64,000 bases of DNA from Bacteroidales bacterium (lineage in GTDB: Bacteria; Bacteroidota; Bacteroidia; Bacteroidales; GCA-2711565). Where the stretch lies: the NCBI GenBank assembly GCA_028280405.1, contig JANQLW010000013.1:6902-70901 (forward strand), read 5' to 3'. Position numbers and translations under genes: made by a program. A model generated the notes under the pieces. It saw nothing but the letters and a program-made list of their open reading frames with translations. It searched no databases and was not told the origin of the DNA. Within the stretch, counting starts at the first letter, position 1. The number at the start of each line of letters is the position of its first letter. Positions 28,488 through 36,938 of the stretch are shown here, one piece after another.

Positions 28488-29120
28488 CTATTTCTTTCTG
28501 ATCAAGCTTAATCCATCCCGGACAGGAAGCATTACATTTTCCACTCTGTCATCCTGCTGTATAAAATCATTGAATTCTATAATACCTATTGTTTCTTTAT
28601 CTTTTGGATCAGGTTTAGAAAGAACTTTCCCCGACCAAAAAACATTATCCGCCAAAACAAAAGCACCCGAATTAAGTTTATCAAATATCAAATGATAATA
28701 ATTCAGGTAGTTATTCTTATCAGCATCCAAAAACACCAGATCAAATTTCTCATTTATGGTTGGAATAATATCTAATGCCTTTCCTGAATAATACTTTACC
28801 TGATGTTCTATTCCGACCTTTTTAAAATACTTTGACGAGATATGTTCCAGTTCAGGATTTTTTTCAATAGTATGAATCAGTCCGTCAACCCTTAAGCCTT
28901 TTGAAAGGCAAATAGCAGAATAACCCGTATATGTTCCTATTTCCAGAATTTGCTTCGGGCGAATCATGCAACTGATAGCTTCAAGCAACTTTCCCTGAAG
29001 AGCTCCGGATAACATTCGTGGCATTAAAGCCTTTAAATGGGTTTCCCGGTTCAATTCTTTTAACACATCCGATTCTGCTGTACTGTGATTTTGAGCATAT
29101 CTTTCTAAATCTTCATGCAT
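28488..29120 (-). CDS. O-methyltransferase (Methyltransf_3, YrrM-like)
   Basis: ILEIGTYTGYS, FDLVFLDADK, ADNVFWSG, LPVRDGL. Confidence 0.92.
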   Translation of the reverse strand: MHEDLERYAQNHSTAESDVLKELNRETHLKALMPRMLSGALQGKLLEAISCMIRPKQILEIGTYTGYSAICLSKGLRVDGLIHTIEKNPELEHISSKYFKKVGIEHQVKYYSGKALDIIPTINEKFDLVFLDADKNNYLNYYHLIFDKLNSGAFVLADNVFWSGKVLSKPDPKDKETIGIIEFNDFIQQDDRVENVMLPVRDGLSLIRKK

Positions 29121-29121
29121 A

Positions 29122-30348
29122 TTATTCTCCTTTATATACCAACAGACTTAATTGTTTCGGGTCAAATATTTCATTAGCAATATCCTGCAATTGATTTGCT
29201 GAAATAGCCTCAATAGCTTCATGAATTTCTCTGATACTATCTACCTTGTTAAGCTGTAATAAACTTCTACCCATAGACAACATTTCAGTAACATTGGATT
29301 CCAATGAGATAGCAAGCTGGCCTATAATTTGTTGTTTAGCTCTTTGCAATTGAAGGCTTCCTAATTTTTTTCTTCTTAACAGGTTTAATTCTTTTTTTAC
29401 CAAACGAATGGATTTTTCAAGATAATCTTTATCTGTACCCAAATAAATACAAAACAATCCCGTATCAGAATAAGGCTGATAGTGAGATTCAATATCATAA
29501 GTATAACCATGCTTCTCCCGAACTGCCAGAGTCAACCTGGAATTCAGGCCAGGGCCTCCCAGCAAGTTATTTAACAACACCAGGCCTAATCTTTGTTCGT
29601 GATCTCGTTGATAAGCAATATTACCCAAACAAGCATGAGACAGGTAAGTTCGCTTACTCATCGTTTTCTTTAAAGGCTCATAGGGGATCATCCTTTTTCT
29701 TTTATATTGTCTAAGGTTCTCAGGAATATCTCCAAAATATCTTTCAACCAGCTTAACCAATTTTTTGAACTCAATATTACCCACAGAACTTATAACCATT
29801 TGATCTGTATGGTAGTTGTTTCTGATAAATTTTTGAATTTTCTCTTTGGTAAAACTTTTTACACTTTGAGGGGTTCCAAGTATATTTCTTGCAATGGGAT
29901 GCCCATCATATAATAATTCTTCAAAATCATCAAAAATCAATTCAGACGGAGAATCTTTATAAGAATTGATCTCATCCAATACGACATCTTTTTCCTTATC
30001 GATTTCTTTTTCAGGAAAAATTGAATTAAAAGTAATATCTGCAATTAACTCAAGAGTTCTTTCGTAATATCCTTTTAGAAAAGATGCATATATGCTGGTT
30101 TCTTCTTTAGTCGTAAAGGCATTCAGATCTGCGCCTATATGCTCTAAGCGACTAAGAACATGATAGGCTTTTCTCTTCTTAGTGCCTTTGAAAATAACAT
30201 GTTCGATAAAATGAGCCATTCCGCTTTCATCTTCGGCCTCATCACGGCTTCCGGTATTTATAATAATACCAAAATGTGCCACTTCTTTCTTATTAAAAAG
30301 GTGTACAAGCCGAATTCCATTCTTCAATGTATGATACTGATATTCCAT
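29122..30348 (-). CDS. M16 family (pitrilysin-like) zinc peptidase
   Basis: GSRDE...GMAHFIEH (HxxEH), LNAFTTKE. Confidence 0.94.
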   Translation of the reverse strand: MEYQYHTLKNGIRLVHLFNKKEVAHFGIIINTGSRDEAEDESGMAHFIEHVIFKGTKKRKAYHVLSRLEHIGADLNAFTTKEETSIYASFLKGYYERTLELIADITFNSIFPEKEIDKEKDVVLDEINSYKDSPSELIFDDFEELLYDGHPIARNILGTPQSVKSFTKEKIQKFIRNNYHTDQMVISSVGNIEFKKLVKLVERYFGDIPENLRQYKRKRMIPYEPLKKTMSKRTYLSHACLGNIAYQRDHEQRLGLVLLNNLLGGPGLNSRLTLAVREKHGYTYDIESHYQPYSDTGLFCIYLGTDKDYLEKSIRLVKKELNLLRRKKLGSLQLQRAKQQIIGQLAISLESNVTEMLSMGRSLLQLNKVDSIREIHEAIEAISANQLQDIANEIFDPKQLSLLVYKGE

Positions 30349-30398
30349 CTTTTTCTAAAATGATGCAAAAATACTATTCATCTCAATACAAATGAGAA

Positions 30399-30914
30399 TT
30401 AATCCGTATATATCCAAAATAATGGTTGCCGGCCCACTAAATTTCCATGAATATCATATTTGTCAATAACGGGAGCTATAGCAATTATTTTTTTAGAAAT
30501 AACCAGTTTCGATTCATCCATCGTCCAGCTTTCAAGAAAACGGATCTTATTCACATCTTTTACAGAAATTTTATTTACAATAATAGTATCATAATCCTCA
30601 TAAGGCGGGCGGGTTCTCTTGAGTGTCTTATAAATGGTGTCGACTCCTAAACTCTTAACTTCTTCTAATTTCAGAGGTTTATTAAAGTAATCATAAGCTG
30701 TTTTTTTACCGCTATAAACAGCATTAAACATCGATTGTACCAATTTTTCTCTTTCTGTTTCATTTATATTTTCAATCCAGGGATCATAATCCTTTTGAAC
30801 ATTATTGATCTTAACATCATACTGAATTTTTTCAGTAATGAAATATTCTTCAGGTGTATTATTACAGGCAATGAAAACCCATATTAGACTTAAATAAATA
30901 TATTTTGCTTTCAT
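30399..30914 (-). CDS. Hypothetical lipoprotein with GldN/PorN-like C-terminal motif
   Basis: Lipobox FIAC; ESWTMD..L.ISKKIIAIAP...QPLFWIY. Confidence 0.65.
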   Translation of the reverse strand: MKAKYIYLSLIWVFIACNNTPEEYFITEKIQYDVKINNVQKDYDPWIENINETEREKLVQSMFNAVYSGKKTAYDYFNKPLKLEEVKSLGVDTIYKTLKRTRPPYEDYDTIIVNKISVKDVNKIRFLESWTMDESKLVISKKIIAIAPVIDKYDIHGNLVGRQPLFWIYTD

Positions 30915-30996
30915 AATAAAAGTTTATGAACGCAAATTAAGAAAAACCTTTACATATTCAATTATTTAGATTAATTTTGAATAAGAAGGTTAAGCC

Positions 30997-32811
30997 ATGA
31001 GAATCTGTACTTTCATATTATCACTTTTATTCATAAACTCAGTTGGTTTTGGACAAAACATTCCCCCTGTACGGATTGTAGATTGGAGCCATGTCGGTTT
31101 AATTCATAAAATTTCAGAACCTGAGCTGATTTTAAATGTTTTGGACTATGGAATAGTCGCTGATAATACAACAGATAATACAGCAGCTTTCAACTCAGCA
31201 TTGGCAGATTTAGGTGAAGATGCCGGAATATTCTATTTCCCCCCTGGTGAATATTTGTTTAAAAATTCAATTTCAATTTCATCCAATGTTATTTTAAGAG
31301 GTGCCAGTTCCGACAGTACTAAACTATATTTTGATTTGGGAAACATTAATAATCATTGCATTACATTATCAAAAGATCAAGCTTCAGCATTTATTAAAGT
31401 TGAAACTGGTTTTCATAAAGGGTCTGAAAAACTCACTTTAAAAGAAAATATAAATCTGCAAGCAGGAGATTATATTGAACTTAAGCAAGACAATGGTTCG
31501 TGGGATACGAAACCAGCTGAATGGGCACAAAATAGTGTAGGTCAAATTCTTTCTGTAAAAAGATATTTAAATGACACTATTTATATCAACAGTGCATTAA
31601 GATTAAACTATGACACCAGTTTGAATTTAGTGGTTCGAAAAATTAACCCTGTTCTAAATAGTGCAATAGAATGCATCTATATCCAAAGAACTGATGAACC
31701 GGCTTTAGCCGGAGGATCAAATATTTATTTCAACTATGCGGTCAATTGTAAAGTAAGTGGTATTGAGAGTAATGTCAGTTCCGGTTCCCACATTTTTATT
31801 CGTTCAAGTTCTAATATTCTGGTGGAGGGCTCATACATTCATCATGCATTCAAGTACGATGGTTCCAATACCAATGGATATGGAGTTACTTTAAACCAAC
31901 ATACTGGAGAATGTTTAATTCAAAACAATATTTTTAAATTTTTGCGACATGCCATGATGGTTAAGGAAGGGGCTAACGGAAATGTATTTGCCTATAATTA
32001 TTCCAGAGAGCCCAATCGAAGTGAACCAGTTTCGGATTTAAGCGGGGATATTTCTCTTCATGGCCATTATCCTTATGCTAATTTATTTGAAGGCAATGTA
32101 GTTCAAAATATATTCACAGATCATTTCTGGGGACCTGCCGGACCAAACAATACTTTTCTTCGAAATCGGGCTGAATTATATGGAATATCAATTACTTCTG
32201 ATCCAATACTAGAAACATCTTATCAAAATTATATTGGAAATGAACTTACAAAACCAGGATTCCCTTTTGGAAATTATGAATTAAATGGAAATGATCATTT
32301 CGAATATGGGAATAATAAATTCAACCTTACCATTCCTGAAAATACCAGTAATCTAACTGTTAATTCTTTATTTTTAGATTCTATTCCTGATTTTTGGCCT
32401 GATGATCTGCCCTGGCCATCGATTGGTTATCCAAACAATTTAGATGAACATAAAATTCCGGCTCAATTAAGATTTGAATCTGATTCCTCTTTAACATCCT
32501 GCTCCGTTGGAATTAATGATGACATTATCATTGATCCTGAAGATCCGAATTTTACGGATGAAAACAGGAAACTGGTGCTGACACCAAATCCGTTTACGGA
32601 TGAGATCAATATTCATATTGCCCTAACAGAACCTCAAAATATTTTAGTTGAAATTTTTAAAATGAATGGAACAAAAATTATTTCCAGAAGTTTTGAATCT
32701 GCTAATGGAGTCATAGGCCTGAAAATATATGAGAATATCCCTTCCGGGAATTATATTATTCATATTAAAACAAATGAGTACAATTTTAGAAGAATAATTA
32801 TCAAATATTAG
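30997..32811 (+). CDS. Pectate-lyase-3-like beta-helix protein with T9SS type A sorting domain
   Basis: NVLDYG..DNT.AFN.AL..YFPPGEY..ILRGA; Asn-rich beta-helix repeats; C-terminal PNPF...G.KI...PSGNYIIHI...IIK. Confidence 0.82.
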   Translation: MRICTFILSLLFINSVGFGQNIPPVRIVDWSHVGLIHKISEPELILNVLDYGIVADNTTDNTAAFNSALADLGEDAGIFYFPPGEYLFKNSISISSNVILRGASSDSTKLYFDLGNINNHCITLSKDQASAFIKVETGFHKGSEKLTLKENINLQAGDYIELKQDNGSWDTKPAEWAQNSVGQILSVKRYLNDTIYINSALRLNYDTSLNLVVRKINPVLNSAIECIYIQRTDEPALAGGSNIYFNYAVNCKVSGIESNVSSGSHIFIRSSSNILVEGSYIHHAFKYDGSNTNGYGVTLNQHTGECLIQNNIFKFLRHAMMVKEGANGNVFAYNYSREPNRSEPVSDLSGDISLHGHYPYANLFEGNVVQNIFTDHFWGPAGPNNTFLRNRAELYGISITSDPILETSYQNYIGNELTKPGFPFGNYELNGNDHFEYGNNKFNLTIPENTSNLTVNSLFLDSIPDFWPDDLPWPSIGYPNNLDEHKIPAQLRFESDSSLTSCSVGINDDIIIDPEDPNFTDENRKLVLTPNPFTDEINIHIALTEPQNILVEIFKMNGTKIISRSFESANGVIGLKIYENIPSGNYIIHIKTNEYNFRRIIIKY

Positions 32812-32822
32812 TAATTTTGGGC

Positions 32823-33911
32823 ATGCTTATCCAACAACCAACTTTAGTTATAAATAAAAAAATTTGTAAAGCCAATATCCGAAGGATGGCCCAGAAAGCT
32901 TTTCAGAATAGAGTAACCTTCAGGCCACATTTTAAAACTCATCAATCACATGAAGTTGGAAATTGGTTCAGAAAATTTGGTGTAAAAAAGATCACAGTCT
33001 CATCTGTACAAATGGCCGATTATTTTGCAGAAGATGGCTGGAATGACATTACGATTGCATTTCCATTAAACATTTTAGAGATAAACAGAATTAATAGTCT
33101 GGCCAAAAAAGTAAAACTAAACCTTTTGTTTGAATCTCTGGAAGTATTAGAAATTGCTGAGAAAAAATTAAAACATAATGTTGGTGCATTTATTAAAATA
33201 GACACCGGATATCACCGTACAGGTATTCCGATTGAAAATATTGAAAAAATTGACCAATTAGTTGAAGGTTTTGTCAAAGCAAAAAAATGCCAGTTGGAAG
33301 GTTTTTTAACGCATAGTGGAAATACCTATAAATCCAGCTCAAAAGAAAAAATAAAAAATATTTATCAGAATGCGATTAATAAGTTACATGCATTAAGAAA
33401 AAAATATAAAGAACCTTTTCCTAAACTTATTATTTCAGTTGGAGATACACCTTCACATAGTATCATGGATGATTTCTCTCATGCAGATGAAATCAGGCCG
33501 GGAAATTTTATTTTTTATGATCTGATGCAATCTGAGTTTGGAGTTTGCAAAGAATCTAATATTGCCTCAGTATTAGCCTGCCCGGTTGTTGCAAAACACG
33601 AAGACAGAAATCAGATTGTAATATATGGGGGCGGAATTCATTTCTCAAAAGAACAAATCCAAATAAACAATATAAATTGTTTTGGAAAATTAGCCCTATT
33701 AAATGAATATGACTGGGAACTCCTGAATGAATTTTATCCATTAGTTTCAACTTCCCAGGAACATGGGATTATACAACTGGATGAATTACTTATTAAAAAT
33801 ATTAATATTGGAGATATTGTTGCGGTTATTCCTGTTCACTCTTGTCTGACTGTACATCAACATGAACAATTTATCACTGAAACCGGAAAGCTATTCTTCA
33901 AATTTAAGTAA
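32823..33911 (+). CDS. Fold-type III PLP enzyme (D-threonine aldolase/DSD1-like)
   Basis: PTLVI, FRPHFKTH (PLP Lys), KIDTGYHRTG, EIRPGNFIFYD, SQEHG, PVHSC. Confidence 0.9.
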   Translation: MLIQQPTLVINKKICKANIRRMAQKAFQNRVTFRPHFKTHQSHEVGNWFRKFGVKKITVSSVQMADYFAEDGWNDITIAFPLNILEINRINSLAKKVKLNLLFESLEVLEIAEKKLKHNVGAFIKIDTGYHRTGIPIENIEKIDQLVEGFVKAKKCQLEGFLTHSGNTYKSSSKEKIKNIYQNAINKLHALRKKYKEPFPKLIISVGDTPSHSIMDDFSHADEIRPGNFIFYDLMQSEFGVCKESNIASVLACPVVAKHEDRNQIVIYGGGIHFSKEQIQINNINCFGKLALLNEYDWELLNEFYPLVSTSQEHGIIQLDELLIKNINIGDIVAVIPVHSCLTVHQHEQFITETGKLFFKFK

Positions 33912-33962
33912 CAAATCAACCCTTACTCCTTAATAATTTTCAATCTTTTTATAAGAAGACTT

Positions 33963-33975
33963 TCCCATTTTGGGA
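33963..33975. promoter_or_regulatory. Palindrome, candidate enhancer-binding-protein site
   Basis: TCCCA-ttt-TGGGA about 70 nt upstream of a sigma-54-like element. Confidence 0.4.
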
Positions 33976-34044
33976 CAAACCTCATAATTCCCTACTTTCA
34001 CACTTTTCTTTAATACCAAAGCGTACAAAGGATTTGGAATCAAA

Positions 34045-34059
34045 TGGAACATGTATTGC
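34045..34059 (+). promoter_or_regulatory. Sigma-54-like -24/-12 promoter
   Basis: TGGAAC-ATGTA-TTGC matches the TGGCAC-N5-TTGC spacing; 49 nt before the ATG. Confidence 0.55.
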
Positions 34060-34108
34060 GAATATAATTAATAAAAAAACGCCTCTTTATCAATAAATAT
34101 TTGCAAAC

Positions 34109-36868
34109 ATGAAAAAACGAATCACATTACTCGTAATTGCAGGATTATTCTTTGCTTCCTGTCAAAAATTTGAGGAGGCTGTCGACAATAAACAACAGAA
34201 TGATGCTATTGTTCCCTCAGATCCTTCTACCGTGACTTCCATGGAAGATCTCACCATCAGTGACTCTTTCGATTGGAAAATGACGAAAACATTGGATGTT
34301 GAAATTACACTTCCGGAAAATGACTTTTCGCGTATTTTATACATCTTATCTGAAGATGGAAAGAAATTATATTTTAAAGGTCATCCTTCTGATGGATCTA
34401 ATATATTAAAAACAAAAATTACCGTTCCGACTTATGAGAATGGTTTACAGCTAAAATATGGTTTAGGAGAGGATTATAAAGCCAAAACAACTTATATTGG
34501 AAGTAATACTGTTGTTTATGATATCAACTCTTCTATTTATAAAGATGGGGAAAATGACGATGATGATTGTGGTGGTTGTGATGGAAAAATGACTTCTTTA
34601 TCTCTACAATATAACGGTAATGGAGTAAACACTGTTGAAGTTTACACAAAAAGAAAGAAACATAAGCTAACCACTGAAGTAGGAGTTTCAAATGGAACCA
34701 CCTTTACATTTTCTACTGAATTTCTTGACAAAGGGAAAACCAAGCAAACCACTGAAATTGAAATCTATGTGAATGAAAGCTTAAATACAAAAATTCATAC
34801 AAGTTGTTCACAACCAATTTATGTAGGTATGACATCAGGAGATTTTACAATTACTGCTGGTACCAGTAAAAATGGTGGAGATCTTTTGGAATGCTCTGAA
34901 AATGGTGATGATGATGTAGAATTTGGCTGTTTAACAATGTGGGCTCTTGATGACAATAATCCCGGAAACCTATACTATATAAAAATAGATGAAGACCCTG
35001 TTAGTGTTTATACAGAAGGAGATATTGAAGGCTTACAAGATGCTGAAGATATGGAATCACTAGCTATCGATGATAATGGAGATCTATACTTTATTAATGT
35101 AAAAAATTCATCTAAGCTTTATAAAATTCCTTATTCTGAATTAGATAAAGATGAAAACACAGCTGTAAATGCTACATATATTGGAAATACAGGCATAACT
35201 GGCAATAACAATAAAATTACCAACCTTACTTTCATTGATGGAGACTTATACGGAATAGGTGTACGTTCTGAAAAGGTTTACAGAATTGATAAAACGGATG
35301 GAAGTGTAACACAGGTTGCAACTTTAAATCAGCAATTCTATACCAGTGGGCTTACTATAGGTACGGATGATGTAGTTTACCTGCTTTATACAAATAATAC
35401 AGGTGGAGAAAGTGAATTATGGAAATTCAATTCATTCCCAAGTGGAGATATTGTTAAAGTAATGGATATTGAAGGTTCCTTGAAAGTTGAATCTTTAGCA
35501 GCACATCCTAATGGATTCTTATATGCCGCCGATGACTATAAGTTTTTCAAACTTGATCCTGTAAATCTCACAACTGAAGTTCTTGTAGAGTATGAATCTG
35601 ATATTGAGGGTATAGATTTTCATTGGGATAAAGAATTGAGTTGTGTTGATGACGATGATGGCGAATATTGTGATGATAACTCAAGTGATGATGTGGCTAC
35701 CTTCAAAGGATATAAATTTGAATTAGTTCAAATGACTGAAAACAATGATGGAACTTCTACATGGAAATATGAAGTAACTGGTGAAGAAGCTGACCACAAA
35801 CTTAAAAAATGGATTTTAGAACTTTGCCAAAGTGAAGATCAGTTAATAAGTGCTAACCATAATGGACAAATAGCCGATTATCTGAATATTCATGGAGTAA
35901 AATGGGAAAAAGAAATAGATTTAAATGAAGGGCCGGTAGAGTTTACATTTGTTTTAAATGGCCATTATGATATTAAACCTGTAAAAGTAGCATTCTACGC
36001 AGGCGGAAATAAAGAATACGAATGTATGATCCAAGGGCCTGATTGTGATCCAAATGAAGATCCAGACCCGGATCCGGAACCAGAAGATTTCACCGGTACT
36101 TTAGCCTATGAAGATTTATGGCCTGGAAAAGGTGATTACGATATTAATGATTTAGTTATTGAATACGATTTTGAAGTACAGAAAGATAATCAGGAATATA
36201 TAGAAACCATTATAGCCTCATTTAAAATCCGTGCTTTTGGAGCTGAACTTCACAATGGATTCGGATTTACATTTCCTAATGTTGATGCAAGTGATATTCA
36301 AAGTGTAAGTGGCTACGACATTCAAGCTACTAATGTATTTAATATAGCTGCTAATGGCGTGGAAAGCGGTCAGTCAAAAGCTACTTTCATTGTTTATGAT
36401 GACGCTTACAGAATCATGCAACACCCTGGATCAGGCATTGGAGTAAACACCTATCCTCCAGCACCTTATGTTGAACCTGAAATAATTACTTTAACTATTG
36501 AATTTAAAAGTAACAGTGTAAAATTTGCAGATCTTGATATAGGTAATTTCAACCCATTCATAGTTGTTGACCAAAAACGTGGAATGGAAGTACATTTACC
36601 AAACTACGCACCTACAGATTTGCATGACCCTGCATATTTCGGAACATTTGCTGATGACTCTCAGCCTAATATTAACAGATATTATTTAACTAAAGATAAT
36701 CTGCCATGGGGAATTCATATTCCTGAAACATTTGATTATCCGGTTGAAAAACAATTAATTCTTGGCGCCTACTTACATTTTGCTGAGTGGGCGCAAAGCA
36801 ACGGCGTTAACTACCCTGATTGGTATAAAGATTTACCTGGTTACCGCAATGCTAGTGTGATTTACTAA
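34109..36868 (+). CDS. Modular LruC (DUF4842) domain lipoprotein
   Basis: Lipobox FASC; Cys-rich modules; beta-propeller-like segment; DP/EP linker; LAYEDLWPGKGDYDINDLVI...FNPFI...EVHL...LPWGI...F.EW..S.G...DWY. Confidence 0.85.
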   Translation: MKKRITLLVIAGLFFASCQKFEEAVDNKQQNDAIVPSDPSTVTSMEDLTISDSFDWKMTKTLDVEITLPENDFSRILYILSEDGKKLYFKGHPSDGSNILKTKITVPTYENGLQLKYGLGEDYKAKTTYIGSNTVVYDINSSIYKDGENDDDDCGGCDGKMTSLSLQYNGNGVNTVEVYTKRKKHKLTTEVGVSNGTTFTFSTEFLDKGKTKQTTEIEIYVNESLNTKIHTSCSQPIYVGMTSGDFTITAGTSKNGGDLLECSENGDDDVEFGCLTMWALDDNNPGNLYYIKIDEDPVSVYTEGDIEGLQDAEDMESLAIDDNGDLYFINVKNSSKLYKIPYSELDKDENTAVNATYIGNTGITGNNNKITNLTFIDGDLYGIGVRSEKVYRIDKTDGSVTQVATLNQQFYTSGLTIGTDDVVYLLYTNNTGGESELWKFNSFPSGDIVKVMDIEGSLKVESLAAHPNGFLYAADDYKFFKLDPVNLTTEVLVEYESDIEGIDFHWDKELSCVDDDDGEYCDDNSSDDVATFKGYKFELVQMTENNDGTSTWKYEVTGEEADHKLKKWILELCQSEDQLISANHNGQIADYLNIHGVKWEKEIDLNEGPVEFTFVLNGHYDIKPVKVAFYAGGNKEYECMIQGPDCDPNEDPDPDPEPEDFTGTLAYEDLWPGKGDYDINDLVIEYDFEVQKDNQEYIETIIASFKIRAFGAELHNGFGFTFPNVDASDIQSVSGYDIQATNVFNIAANGVESGQSKATFIVYDDAYRIMQHPGSGIGVNTYPPAPYVEPEIITLTIEFKSNSVKFADLDIGNFNPFIVVDQKRGMEVHLPNYAPTDLHDPAYFGTFADDSQPNINRYYLTKDNLPWGIHIPETFDYPVEKQLILGAYLHFAEWAQSNGVNYPDWYKDLPGYRNASVIY

Positions 36869-36875
36869 TACCTTA

Positions 36876-36904
36876 AAAGCCTTGAGTTTCTCAGGGCTTT
36901 TTTT
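36876..36904. terminator. Terminator between convergent genes
   Basis: AAAGCCTTGAG-ttt-CTCAGGGCTTT followed by a T-run. Confidence 0.8.
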
Positions 36905-36938
36905 ATTTAGGCTTATCACGATCAATAAACAGAGGATG

